Shown here in pieces: positions 1 to 11,100 of a stretch of 64,000 nucleotides of DNA. The stretch comes from Synergistales bacterium. Lineage in GTDB: Bacteria; Synergistota; Synergistia; Synergistales; JAFGMB01. The stretch's first letter is position 1. Each line of letters opens with the position of its first letter. The notes beneath the pieces were generated by a model that worked only from the letters and a program-made list of their open reading frames with translations, had not been told where the DNA came from and did no database searches. The position numbers and the translations under genes were made by a program. The DNA lies in assembly GCA_963666205.1 (NCBI GenBank), contig OY762654.1, forward strand, positions 2,752,001-2,816,000, in the 5' to 3' direction.

Positions 1-327
1 CATCCTGACTGGGGTAAAGATATCCCAATATTTTGCTCTTGCAGTGGAAGATTCTTTCAAGGAAATTCATGGGGGCATAGAATGGCAAATTATTCTGAAG
101 AACTTGGTTATCGTATTACCCCTTATCAGTTGAGGCATACTTCAGCAACACTTTTTCTTCGCAATGGTGGCAATGCTATGGCCCTGCAGAAAATGATGGG
201 ACATACCACAATGGAAATGACAGAGAGATATGTTCATCTTGTTGAAGGGGATATCAGAGACCAGCATGCCAAAGCAAGCCCGGTACAACTCTTGGAACCA
301 TCCAGAAATAGGGTCTACAAGATCTAA
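1..327 (+). CDS. Tyrosine integrase, C-terminal part (5' truncated by the window)
   Basis: Frame open from base 1 (HPDWGKD...); PYQLRH and MGHTTMEMTERY motifs; very similar to the C-terminus of the 46233 integrase. Confidence 0.9.
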   Translation, partial: HPDWGKDIPIFCSCSGRFFQGNSWGHRMANYSEELGYRITPYQLRHTSATLFLRNGGNAMALQKMMGHTTMEMTERYVHLVEGDIRDQHAKASPVQLLEPSRNRVYKI

Positions 328-414
328 TGGTATGAAAAAAGGGTTCAGTAGTAGTTATGCTAATTTCGTCACTATTGAACCCTTGTTGTTTGAATATCCA
401 ATATATTTTTCACC

Positions 415-550
415 ACAGATTGCCATGGGGCACAGCGATCTTAACATGACAAAGAGGTACCTTGCGTTGGACAGTTCAGATCTTGCTAGAGAACATGAGA
501 AGGTGGGAATCATAGATAAATTGAAGCAGCATAGGAAAAGGATGAGGTGA
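415..550 (+). pseudogene. Remnant C-terminus of another tyrosine recombinase
   Basis: MGHSDLNMTKRYLAL box II with catalytic Tyr, but no upstream catalytic domain in frame. Confidence 0.6.
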
Positions 551-639
551 ATAGTTCAAATCTCCACTTTTCATGATATTCCATAGTATTTTTAAGCAAA
601 TCATATTCTCACTCGGGTTTTTAAACTAACTACAATGTA

Positions 640-1794
640 TCATGGATTTCTAAGAGCAAGCCTCAGAGTGAATTCCCTTATCGATGTCCACTCAGAACTT
701 TGCAAAGTATTGAGATAACTTTTAAATGCATTTTCCATTTCAGGAATAATATTTCCTGATTCCAGTTCCATAAGGCATTCCACAACAAGTGCGATCTGAT
801 CACAATCTTTGACTAAAGAGGGCACAGAAAAGGGTGCTTTATTCAATTCTTTTAACAGGTTATATTTTTCAACATCAGATTTGAGCTTCTCTGGAACCTC
901 TTTTCTAAAAGTATTTATGAATTCTTCTTCAACTTTCTCCCACAATCCATTATCAAGATCATTTATCTTACTCTTTACTGGGGTTATCACATCACCTGTT
1001 AAGATTTCTGGAACATCATGGAAGAGTGATCGAATAATGCTGACTAGGATAAAGTCTCTAGGTTTTTCGTGGTTATAAATTTTAACAAAGTAATATGAAT
1101 CTTCTATAGTTGAAAATACTATTGAGAGAATCGAAACTATGAAGGTGTGGGCCAAAACAGATGTTTCTGTATTGCGGTTTATTCGATTCCATCTTCTCAA
1201 GTATTTTAGCTTTTTAATAGAAGAAAGATACAATCCGCTCTCTTCCATGCATTGGTTAAATTCTTCTGAATATTTCAGACCATCTATTTTTTCAGCAATA
1301 TCTTTTTCTATCTCTCCATAGTAATCAGAGTAAACCATGCTGTTAGTTTTGCATTCTTCCAGTGCGGCCTTTTTTTGGGAGTAATCAATAATATTATTTA
1401 TCAACTCTGATGTATGTTCCTTTTCTGAAAGGCTTTCTGTTTTCAGATATTTCTCCACGTCGTCTGATATGGAATGTGGGAATAGCCTTAATGTTTCCTT
1501 TGCAGCGTTTGAATATAGTTTTTCATAGTATGATGGATTAATTTGCTTTAGGGTGTCCAACGTCTTTCTGGGTATATCTGAGAGGTAATGTTTTCGTAAT
1601 GACTGCAGAAGAATTCTCTTCAGAATCTTTTCCATTTCTTCATTCTGGACACCCATAAATCTTCCTAATGTGTAGGCTATGTGAGTAACATAAGCAGCAT
1701 TTTCTGCCTCGGTCCATATCTCAACCCGAGGTAAAAAGTTCCATCTCTGCAGATTTACCAGTGTTTCAAGAGTCTGAATTAAATTTGAGGGCAT
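640..1794 (-). CDS. Tandem YfbR-like HD-domain protein (putative 5'-deoxynucleotidase)
   Basis: C-terminal domain has RRWN...SVLAH...LFHDVPEILTGDVITPVK...DCDQ; N-terminal domain is a degenerate copy (QRWN...TEAEN...LSDIP). Confidence 0.75.
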   Translation of the reverse strand: MPSNLIQTLETLVNLQRWNFLPRVEIWTEAENAAYVTHIAYTLGRFMGVQNEEMEKILKRILLQSLRKHYLSDIPRKTLDTLKQINPSYYEKLYSNAAKETLRLFPHSISDDVEKYLKTESLSEKEHTSELINNIIDYSQKKAALEECKTNSMVYSDYYGEIEKDIAEKIDGLKYSEEFNQCMEESGLYLSSIKKLKYLRRWNRINRNTETSVLAHTFIVSILSIVFSTIEDSYYFVKIYNHEKPRDFILVSIIRSLFHDVPEILTGDVITPVKSKINDLDNGLWEKVEEEFINTFRKEVPEKLKSDVEKYNLLKELNKAPFSVPSLVKDCDQIALVVECLMELESGNIIPEMENAFKSYLNTLQSSEWTSIREFTLRLALRNP

Positions 1795-1959
1795 AAAATC
1801 ATTCCTTTCAAGGGTAATGAGATTTTTACCATGGAATAATTCATATTATTATTTTTATCTTAACTCTTAATAATTCAACATACAAGAAATCATAAATCTT
1901 CATAACAGTAATGTATTGATATATGGTTCCCAACTTTTGCCATATTTATGAGTTGGGAT

Positions 1960-1989
1960 AAAAAAGAGCCGGATAAGAAACCCGGCTCT
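1960..1989 (-). terminator. Rho-independent terminator
   Basis: agagccgg...ccggctct hairpin with a T-run on the minus strand. Confidence 0.65.
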
Positions 1990-2088
1990 GAACATGCTAC
2001 TCAAATTGTCTTCTCAGAACTTCTGATCTTCATAATCTGCTAATTATGTAAGGATGGTTCTATTCCTCTATCATTTAATGATTTAAAA

Positions 2089-2376
2089 TCAGTACTCCCT
2101 ACCATCACGTATCTTTTGAAGCTCTGAATAAGTGCGTTCTAACCCTTTGATATTTTCGGCTGCTTCTGTTCCTATGCAGTTGTTCCATTTCAGAAAAATT
2201 ATTGATGTAAAAAGATTCTTTCGTGTCACACGTATTTCATTTCCATATACAATAGAAAGGATCCCATTTTCTGTAATCTTCAATTGGCTTTCCCTTGAAT
2301 TATCTCCACTTGCTATAAATTTCCTTACATTTTCAAAAGTAAATTCATCAGGATTGTTAAGATCTATGGTGAACAT
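2089..2376 (-). CDS. Hypothetical protein (95 aa)
   Basis: ORF with GGAGG RBS and a downstream terminator. Confidence 0.65.
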   Translation of the reverse strand: MFTIDLNNPDEFTFENVRKFIASGDNSRESQLKITENGILSIVYGNEIRVTRKNLFTSIIFLKWNNCIGTEAAENIKGLERTYSELQKIRDGREY

Positions 2377-2438
2377 GTATTTATTCCTCCTTCAATAAAA
2401 TCTGATAAAATGAATTATTATTAAATTACCAACATCTT

Positions 2439-2570
2439 GTACACTTAGTACAGATCGTACACTTGGAATATATATTATAGTTTTTTGCTTTAAAAAAATA
2501 TTTTTAAAATTGTGAATATTAACCACAACCATGAAAACTGCTGGACAAACCGCACGATCTGTCCAGCAGT
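2439..2570. other. Putative replication origin (9-bp-period GTAC iterons flanking an AT-rich core)
   Basis: gtacactta-gtacagatc-gtacacttg, then an AT-rich core containing AAAAATATTTTT, then a degenerate inverted set; lies immediately downstream of the primase-helicase gene. Confidence 0.5.
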
Positions 2571-2579
2571 CTGGATCAC

Positions 2580-5500
2580 CTACATAAGATCTGGGTCGAA
2601 TTCAAACACCACTGGATTCATGTTACTGTATGTATCTTTGGTTCTCTCTGGTATCGTATCCATGACTTCTATTGCTTTAGATTCTTCTTCCTTACTCCCA
2701 ATAATTTTCAGTTCTTCAAGTTTATCCCGCCTGATAAAAACACAAGGGATATCGTTTCCATTGCACCTTACCCTTTTCGTGCATCTGCCTTTACTTGGTG
2801 CTATGAGAAAATTCCTATCCTTCCACTCGCTCAGTATGGTTTTTGGACTGTCATAACCAAGGTCTTCCAGAATACTGTTAATCCTGGACCTTTCCACGCC
2901 AAAGGAGGTCCATCTGTCATCTGATTCCCATATTCCGAAGAAGTCCGTTGCTGCGTGGACTGAACCTATGCCATCCCAGAAGAGATGTCTTCTTGAAGCA
3001 CAATATGTATAGAAGAGTTCCATGGCTTCTATGCATCTGTCGGCAGCTTTGCTCTCTCTTGTAATGTCATCCCAGATCTTGAATATGGGCGAATCGAATT
3101 CCCAGGGTAAATCAAGAGCATCGTGTGCCAGTATTCCCGCAAGATCTATGGCAGCAAAATAATCACTTAGTCTGTTAATAAATGCGTCCCCTTTTGCCTT
3201 TGCTCTGTAATCCTCCTTATGTTCCATGAATATCTCATCCCAGACAGTTGAGTATTCCCTGTGTTTTCTGATGAGGTGCTGAATGTATCTGGAACCTGCA
3301 TGTCCATAGTTTGATCTTATGGTTCGGTTAAGGCCGTTCACGATAGCGGCAGTATCTCCGTCTGCCCCATGGAAAGGAGCAATGTTGACCGTGATAACTC
3401 TTGTGCGTGTTCCACCGCTTTCTGAACTGAACACCAGTGGACTTTCTCCAGAACTCAGAAGAACTGTTCTTATGTTCTCGGTTCTGTCAACACCCCTCTT
3501 GTTACCTCTCCCACGTGTTCTGCCGTTGGTAACGTCATAAATCACTTGCTCTATGACCTTTCCGTTTGTTGCTTGTTTGCTGTCGTTAAGTATCATTGGA
3601 AGACCATTGAGCATGGCGCTTACTCGTTCAAGGTAAACTCTTGTGGAATCCCAGTTAAGAATCACTGTCTGTTGGCTATTTTCATCTGGACATCCGTATA
3701 CAGATGCGGCGAGTCTTTGCAGTGTTGTCTTGCCTGAAGATGTCCTGTATGCAAGATCGATTACGAAGTTGGGTATCTTCATAAGGCCCAGGAGTGGCGG
3801 GACGAATGATGAGTAGAAAATAAGCATTGCAACTGGGAAATCCTTAACCATTGATACTGCTTCAACCCATGTTTCGTAAGACCCTTCTGGATGAAAAGCT
3901 TCAGAGATGGATCCGTACTCGTAAGATTCAGGTGAAAAAAGAACCTTTTCTTCTGATCCTTTGTCACTATCATCGTTGATTATTTCTCCAGAGGTATTAA
4001 TGAACTGGTCCCCCAGGAGAAAACCGGATTTTTCCTCTCCGACCCATCCAAGTTTGTGGGAGACAAGTTGTTTTGGCAGTCTGGTTATGTTCCATTTTTC
4101 AAGATTCTGGAAGAAATCTACCATGTCTCTCGCATTGATCGAATTGACCGGGAAACCGTATTTGGAATATGGAACCAGGTTTTTGGCCTGCATCATATCC
4201 TCCCGTGGAAGATAAACAGGTTTCCATTTCCCATCCCTGAGATATTTAACCTCCAGGACTTCGGAGTCATTTTCGATATCTCTGAGCCGTTGTGTTGTGA
4301 TTATCGGAGAAGCAGAAACCTCCTTGAGTTCGCGTTCACCATCGGCATATCCCCCGGCAGAAAGTGTTTCTTTGAAGATCCCTTCCTCATTTATGATCCA
4401 CCCTGGAGGTACGACTAGAGTATCTGAAGAAGGCATACCTGGACATATTTCAGACAGGGGCACAGGTTCTGGAGCGAAAGAGATGTTTCTCTCTCCTATT
4501 TTCCTGGCTACTTTCTTTACCAGCCTCCGAAACTCCTCGACTTCAGTCTTTTTGACATAACCGGCATCCCTGATGGTATTGATTATGCGTTCGAATATGG
4601 TCGGTTCAATATTGTGGAGAAGCGCAAGAGCATTAATTCTGTTTTCATTCTTCTGGAGTTCTTTGAAAACCAGAGGGCTTTTTTCAGGATTTTCCTCAAT
4701 TTCGCTGACCATGTCACGTATTTCTATAGCCGAATCAACTGTCTCCAACTCCGCAGAGTTGTAACCGAGCGATATGGGGGAAGTGGCAAAATGTCTGTAG
4801 GGGCATTCTGAACAAAAGATACCCCATGATTCCCCGCTGATCTTTCTGCATGTCATTGGTCCGGTATCTTCAAGAGAATGAGCTATTTTTGCATCTGTCT
4901 CCGCAGGATCATACCCAGGATGCGGTTTGCTGTACTCATGAACCAGTTCCCTGCCGTTAATGCACCTGGAGGCAACTGTGATGAATGCATACCATTCCGG
5001 TTCGGTAAGTTTATCAGCATCTTCTACGCTGTGCCTTATAACGGAACATCGTTTTATGACCAGATTAAGATCCGCCTCATTGTACTTACCGAAGTCTTCT
5101 GTGTTCTTGCCTTCCGTTTTGATAATTTCCGGGTAATATATAGGTTCGGTGAAAGTATCAAGATCATGATCTGCATCCTGCTCCTGTATATGAAGTACAG
5201 CGTCTTCAACCATTTCGAAGGGATACCGCTTGTTACTTTGAGATGTTACCAGAACAGGCACTGGATTGCTTTTATGGTTCATTGTTCCAGGGACCCTGAG
5301 AATTCTTGCAAGGTCACTTGTATTGTCAAGAGTCCAGCCTTTCTTTGTGCAATAGCTGCGCAGTATCTTCTGGTAGCTGTTCACTAGATCCTGGATCCTA
5401 TTACGTTCTTTTTCATTCATGATCATAAAGGGCTTGTCAAAGAGGGTATAGACATGATAACCGTGACCCGAATTGACGATAACTGTTGGTTCAAGTGAAA

Positions 5501-5882
5501 ACTGTTCCATAATTCTCTGAACGTCTTCATTGTTTGATGGAAGGTTGCCGGCAGAATGAGCATCTCCTGCAATGTCGATGTCGACCCAGATACCTGGGCA
5601 AAATAAAGCCGAATCTGTAGATCCTCTCTGATAGTCACCGAGAGCCTCCTTCTGAAGACATACCCCGAAGTAGACATCATCTTCTTCAGCCATGGAAATC
5701 GCATAGGTTGATGCTTCTTCGATACCCGTATCAGTGGTTTCAAACCACCTGGACTTCCTGTAATTTTTGGTCCAAATGCAGATATGTCCGTTTTCGGTCC
5801 CGCCATACAAAGTGTGAAAAAAGTCGTCAGGTTTAGTTTCTTTCCGCGCTGATTCATTTGCTGTCATTCTGTACATGTTCAT
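2580..5882 (-). CDS. Primase-helicase replication initiator (AEP/RepB-like primase, PriCT-like region, DUF927/Cch-like helicase)
   Basis: WVDID, SGHGYHVY and RILRVPGT primase motifs; KLGW and TSSGKTT DUF927/Walker A; AGGAGG RBS favours the ATG at 5882. Confidence 0.85.
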   Translation of the reverse strand: MNMYRMTANESARKETKPDDFFHTLYGGTENGHICIWTKNYRKSRWFETTDTGIEEASTYAISMAEEDDVYFGVCLQKEALGDYQRGSTDSALFCPGIWVDIDIAGDAHSAGNLPSNNEDVQRIMEQFSLEPTVIVNSGHGYHVYTLFDKPFMIMNEKERNRIQDLVNSYQKILRSYCTKKGWTLDNTSDLARILRVPGTMNHKSNPVPVLVTSQSNKRYPFEMVEDAVLHIQEQDADHDLDTFTEPIYYPEIIKTEGKNTEDFGKYNEADLNLVIKRCSVIRHSVEDADKLTEPEWYAFITVASRCINGRELVHEYSKPHPGYDPAETDAKIAHSLEDTGPMTCRKISGESWGIFCSECPYRHFATSPISLGYNSAELETVDSAIEIRDMVSEIEENPEKSPLVFKELQKNENRINALALLHNIEPTIFERIINTIRDAGYVKKTEVEEFRRLVKKVARKIGERNISFAPEPVPLSEICPGMPSSDTLVVPPGWIINEEGIFKETLSAGGYADGERELKEVSASPIITTQRLRDIENDSEVLEVKYLRDGKWKPVYLPREDMMQAKNLVPYSKYGFPVNSINARDMVDFFQNLEKWNITRLPKQLVSHKLGWVGEEKSGFLLGDQFINTSGEIINDDSDKGSEEKVLFSPESYEYGSISEAFHPEGSYETWVEAVSMVKDFPVAMLIFYSSFVPPLLGLMKIPNFVIDLAYRTSSGKTTLQRLAASVYGCPDENSQQTVILNWDSTRVYLERVSAMLNGLPMILNDSKQATNGKVIEQVIYDVTNGRTRGRGNKRGVDRTENIRTVLLSSGESPLVFSSESGGTRTRVITVNIAPFHGADGDTAAIVNGLNRTIRSNYGHAGSRYIQHLIRKHREYSTVWDEIFMEHKEDYRAKAKGDAFINRLSDYFAAIDLAGILAHDALDLPWEFDSPIFKIWDDITRESKAADRCIEAMELFYTYCASRRHLFWDGIGSVHAATDFFGIWESDDRWTSFGVERSRINSILEDLGYDSPKTILSEWKDRNFLIAPSKGRCTKRVRCNGNDIPCVFIRRDKLEELKIIGSKEEESKAIEVMDTIPERTKDTYSNMNPVVFEFDPDLM

Positions 5883-6045
5883 TCTTGTACCTCCTATAAG
5901 TATTTTTAGTATGGGAAAAACTTTGTGCCGTTGTCGAGATGTTCCTATCCGGTTGTCAAGTTTCAGCAGAAGATCTTCTTGATGTATATTAGAAAGAATC
6001 ACTGGAGGATGCACTTTGGTGAAAACCGTTTATTCGTTTTAAGGA

Positions 6046-7032
6046 GTGAACAAAATGTTCGAAGATGAGTATTTGGAATTGAGGGAAATCGCTGATTTGG
6101 ATAAGAAAACCAATTTCTTTTCTGATTTCAGGTTATGGGTACCTCAAGAAGTAGAAATAACGCCAGATGGAACGATCATTTATCCTTTATGTGGATACGA
6201 GACACCTGCTGAGATAGATCTATGGCGGGAACAGGCAACTGATCTATTTGAAAAGAGCGGATGGGTTCAGAAAGAGTTGAATGGAGAAAAGCTGATAGAA
6301 GATTTCTACAAACTTGCAAAACTTTCAGGTGAGGCGCTTCGAAAGAGAGTTCAGATGTTTATTTTGAGCTATGGCCCGCTGTGGTTAAAGACTGGTTTGA
6401 GCAATTACGAAATAGAAATTTCGGCAGAATGTTTCTGGACGCCTTTCCTTGCAGAAGATAGAAGACCTATTTGGCATGCAGACATACCTGATCCATATGC
6501 ATGGCGCAATGTGGAGCATATAAACGATTACCGGAAATATTCCAGGGATTTCCGCGATGCTTTGCTTCTTTCATTGCGATTAAAGGTATCTGGATATTAT
6601 CCGTATGAGCCTGAGGATCTTATTTCTGATTTACGTTTGCCCTTTGCTTCTTTTGGTGGCATTACCTACCATAAGCGTGATTCATCGAAAGAGGATTTTG
6701 CAAAACAGGTTCAGGAAGTGATCAATAAATTCCTGAGCATCAATACTACAGATAAATGGTTCATGGAATTCAATGGAGACAACAATGATTGTTGGGAACT
6801 TAAATATACTGATGGGTGGGGCTTTGTCTATCCTGCGTGGTTTCTTCTTGCAAGCATAGCGTCTGGATTGCGCAACATTGCAGTGTGTTCTGCGTGTCAG
6901 AAACTCCATTTTAGAGAAAAAGCACCCAAAAGAGGTCAGAATGCATACTGTTCTTTCTGCAGCAAGGCCGGGATCGTTTCAAGAAAGCAGTATGAGAAAA
7001 AGATGGAGAACGATAAAAGAAAAGAACAATAA
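6046..7032 (+). CDS. Hypothetical protein with C-terminal CxxC...YCxxC zinc finger (CGNR-like), possible regulator
   Basis: CSACQKLHF...AYCSFC; divergent from the replication gene; AAGGAG RBS. Confidence 0.6.
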   Translation: MNKMFEDEYLELREIADLDKKTNFFSDFRLWVPQEVEITPDGTIIYPLCGYETPAEIDLWREQATDLFEKSGWVQKELNGEKLIEDFYKLAKLSGEALRKRVQMFILSYGPLWLKTGLSNYEIEISAECFWTPFLAEDRRPIWHADIPDPYAWRNVEHINDYRKYSRDFRDALLLSLRLKVSGYYPYEPEDLISDLRLPFASFGGITYHKRDSSKEDFAKQVQEVINKFLSINTTDKWFMEFNGDNNDCWELKYTDGWGFVYPAWFLLASIASGLRNIAVCSACQKLHFREKAPKRGQNAYCSFCSKAGIVSRKQYEKKMENDKRKEQ

Positions 7033-7053
7033 ACAGGATCTAAGCAACAGCAA

Positions 7054-7175
7054 GTAAGTAACACAACTCTCTTTTGTTACATACATCAATATGCCATAAG
7101 GCCAGCAATACCATGGTCTTATGGCATTATTTATTTAGCGATATCCTTTCCTTTGATTTCTCATGTAACACAAGA
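7054..7175. promoter_or_regulatory. Candidate recombination/binding site of the adjacent tyrosine recombinase
   Basis: Inverted repeat gtaagtaacacaa-ctctc-ttttgttacatac, a second inverted repeat atgccataag...cttatggcat, and an extra half-site atgtaacacaa. Confidence 0.45.
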
Positions 7176-7221
7176 TGGCCATAAATGTAGCCATAGTACA
7201 TATACCAATGGAGGTGTTTTC

Positions 7222-7788
7222 ATGGAAACAGTTGAACCAATAAGAGATAAAAAGAAGATCGATCTGATAAAAAGGTTGCTTAAGGCACAGAATCCAAGGG
7301 ATTATGTTCTCTTCGTTCTGGGGATTAATTCTGGACTGAGGATTTCTGATCTGTTAAAGCTCAAAGTTAGTGATGTTATTGATGAAAATGGGAAGGTTAA
7401 ATATAGGATAAATATAAGAGAAAGAAAAACAGGAAAATCAAAGGATTTTCCTCTTGGCAAAACTTCCCGCAAGGCGATAGAGGAGTATTGTTCTATATAT
7501 GATTGTGAGCCGGAACTGCCTCTGTTCTTTTCCAAGAAGGGTAAAGGTGCCATTAGCAGAGTACAGGCTTATAGGATTCTGAATGAGGCTGCCAGAAACG
7601 TGGGTATAAAGGACAAAATAGGTACCCATACCTTGAGAAAGACCTTTGGGTATCATGCTTCCAAGGCAGGCTATGATCTGTCGCAGATCCAGAAACTGCT
7701 GAACCATTCTTCTCCAGGTGTTACATTGAGATATGTAGGCATTACCCAGGATCAGCTTGACGAGATATATATGAGGTTGGATCTGTGA
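7222..7788 (+). CDS. Short tyrosine recombinase/resolvase (catalytic domain only)
   Basis: METVEPIRD start; GLRISD, HTLRKTFGYH and LNHSS...TLRYVG motifs; GGAGG RBS. Confidence 0.9.
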   Translation: METVEPIRDKKKIDLIKRLLKAQNPRDYVLFVLGINSGLRISDLLKLKVSDVIDENGKVKYRINIRERKTGKSKDFPLGKTSRKAIEEYCSIYDCEPELPLFFSKKGKGAISRVQAYRILNEAARNVGIKDKIGTHTLRKTFGYHASKAGYDLSQIQKLLNHSSPGVTLRYVGITQDQLDEIYMRLDL

Positions 7789-8150
7789 TAGTGGTGCAGG
7801 AAACTGGTAGCGATGGTTACGTATGGTGAATTAACTTGACGTAATGATTGGTGGTGCAATAATAGAAAATGCTCTTCAGATAGAATATGTTCCCTGGAAG
7901 TGTATAGTGCTTGTTGAGTGTAGGATGGATAAATTAATAATTACGGTCAAGAATAACAGAGTTGAGAATATTTCCTGATAAGAGAAGATTTCTAAGCATA
8001 GGAAACCATACTTCATGTTTGAGCTTGGCCCGGTGTTTAATATTCAAAGTTATCCAAGCCTTTAGTTGTGTCTTTCTAGAGGTTTTTCTGTAGATATTTT
8101 ATATTCAGAGTTTCAGATGGGATTTGCATGTTGTCAGGAGGGGACGAAAA

Positions 8151-11100
8151 ATGGGTGTTTTACAGAGTTGTACTCCAAGGGATGGAATTATTTCAGGTTC
8201 TTTCAATATCGAAGTTTTTACTGCTTCCTTAAGTGAGGTTAACAGGTTTTACAGGGGCGAAGATGCTCAAATCCACGAGATATATACCGACGCAAAACAG
8301 TTCTTCACAGAAGGGACATATCCAACAGATGGTTTAAAAAACGTTCTTTCAGATGTATTCTCACGGATTAAAGGTGATAATTCTGCTCCTGCAATCCATA
8401 GACTCGAAACAGCCTTTGGCGGAGGTAAAACTCATACCCTGATTGCATGTACTCACATAGCGTACAAAGGGAAAGAACTTGAAGGTATTTCAGATGAATT
8501 CATCGATCCCTCGATTTTGCCAGAGCAAGGAGAATTGAAAATAGTAGCAATTGCTGGTGAAGAACTGGATGTTCATAGAACCGTAGGTTCACAGATAGTG
8601 CCCTATACCCTCTGGGGTGAAATAGCATATCAAATAGGAGGAGAGTCTCTTTACGAAGAAGTGAAAGCGGATGCGACTTCTATAAGTGCCCCGGGCAGTG
8701 AATATTTTGAAAAAGTCTTCAGTGGAAACAAAATCCTTATTATGCTTGATGAACTTGCACAGTATTCGGCACGTCTTATAGCTTCAAATCTCAGATTTCA
8801 GGGACAGTTAGAGGCTTTTCTTCTGGCTCTTCATGGTTATGCCAGAAGCCATTCGGGGATTGCAATTATATTGACACTTGCCAGTGCAACTGATGCTTTT
8901 GCAGACCAGACAGAGCGACTTCAAGCATTACTTAGTGAAACAACTGGTGAAGATGTAAGTCTTGAGAATGCTATTGATATTGGTGATCGGGCTATTCGGG
9001 GAGTAGCAAGCGTTGTAGCGCGGGATGCCATGGTAGTTGTACCAGTTCAGGCTACAGAACTATCAGCAGTCCTTGCTAAAAGGCTTTTTTCTTTCATTGA
9101 TCGTGAGATTGCACAGACTGTGGCTGAAGAATATTTTAGTGTATATCAGAAAAACGCATCCCTTTTGCCAGACTATGCAACCCGAATAGATTATCAAGAC
9201 CGCATAATTGCCATGTATCCTCTTCATCCAACGCTAATAGATTTTCTCAATAATAAGCTGGCAACTTCAGAAGGTTTTCAAAAAACCAGAGGTGTTCTAA
9301 GAACCCTTGCTCTTGCTATCAGAGCCCTTTGGAATAAGAAAACGAATCCGTCGATGATTCACATATGTCACCTGGATCTTCGTGATCCTAGAACAGTAAA
9401 CGAAATCCTTGGAAGGACTGGGAGTACAAACCTTTTTCCAGCTCTTAATGCAGATATTGGTTCTCCTGACACTGGAAACATCGAAGGCGGAAAAAGTAAT
9501 GCCCAGCTTGCTGATGAAAGGAATCCGCATCCAGAAAGTTGGCCATTTTATGAATACAGTTGGAAAACAGTATTCCTTAATAGCCTAGTTGGTCAGAATG
9601 AAGGTCTTGGGGGAAATCTTTATGGAGTTACAGAGCAGGATGCCTTGATACAGGTTTCTTTTCCAGGAATTACACCTCCACAAGTAAGAGTTGCATTAGA
9701 GGAAATCAATAACAGTGCCTTTTTCTTGCATTACAAGGAAGGTAGGTATTATGCAAGCAGTGACGTCGGAATAAATGCTGTTATTAACAGAATAAGGAAG
9801 ACCCTTAGAAGAGACGAAGTCGATTCGCTCCTGAATGTTATGGCTAGAAAGGTCGTTTCCTCAGGTAAGGGTGGTTTTGAAGTTGTGACAGATATATCTC
9901 TGCCAGAGCATCTTCCAGATAAAAAAGGGAAACCTGTCCTTGGATTAATCTCTCTCCAGACACCTAGTATTGATATAACCCAGTTTATGACGACTGTGGG
10001 ACCCAATTTACCTAGAATAGAGCAGAACCATGTTATGATGCTAGTTCCTGAAATAACGGAAATGATGAACGGGCGTGATTCAGCGAAATTATTTAGTGAT
10101 ATAGAAGGGAAACGGGATCGCAAGAGAACACAGTTAACAGATCTTGCACGCTATGTTCGAGCAATGCAAAAGTTGAAAGATAATCCACACGCTCATGGGA
10201 TAAAACCAGAGCAGCTTGGAGAAGAAGGTTTTTACCAGCGTCTCAGGGAACGTGAAAAGGCTCTTGAGACCATAGTAACGCAGACTTATCGCTATTTCTT
10301 CTATCCAGTCTCCGGTACCACTTTTGTTTACAAAGAAATCAAGACAGCTGGTGGAGAGGGTGGAGAGGGCGTTGTCGAGCAGATCAATAAAATCTTGATC
10401 CAGGAAGGCAAACTTGTTACTTCCGAACATACTGCTCTAAGTAATATCACATCCTTAAAAGGAATATTCTTTAGTCGGAAAGATGCCATTAAGCTTGGTG
10501 AGCTCATATCTAGCTTCAAATGCAATCGAGGATGGCCAATGTTGCAGAACCCTTCAGTATTTGCCCAGGTCATTCGAGCTGGAGTTGAAAAAAATATATG
10601 GTCTCTTTTTCGCTTTACGAAAAAGGAAAGCACCAGACCTGAAGAATTTTATGATTCTTCTCAACCAATACCCTTTGATCTAGAATTGAAAGAAGATTAT
10701 TCCCTTATTACATCAGAAGGTGCACAGCTCAGGGGATGGGGTTCCAATACTGGTCCAGATATCAATAAGGTCAAAGATATGGTAAGACATGAAATAGCCA
10801 GGACACCTGGGTTGAGGGTTTCTCAGGTCAAAGATAAGTTGCATTCAACTATGGAGGGAATCAAGGATTCTGTGATAAAAGAAGCTTTAGTGGATCTTCT
10901 CAAAAGTCAGAAATGTATTATTTTCAAAGGTTCGCCTGATCAGATCCAAAAACCCGAGCAGCTTGTGAGCGGGACATCCGCATTATTATATTCCCCCCAG
11001 GATGATGAAGTTATAATAACTCCTTCTGTAGCGGCAGAGAAGGGATGGATAACAACAGAAAATACTACATTTATTCTTGAAGGGAATGAGGGTTCTGAAA

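Noticed and set aside
230-550. 106-aa ORF as a real gene
   Set aside because: Overlaps the integrase out of frame and crosses a hairpin; only its last ~45 codons look like an integrase relic.
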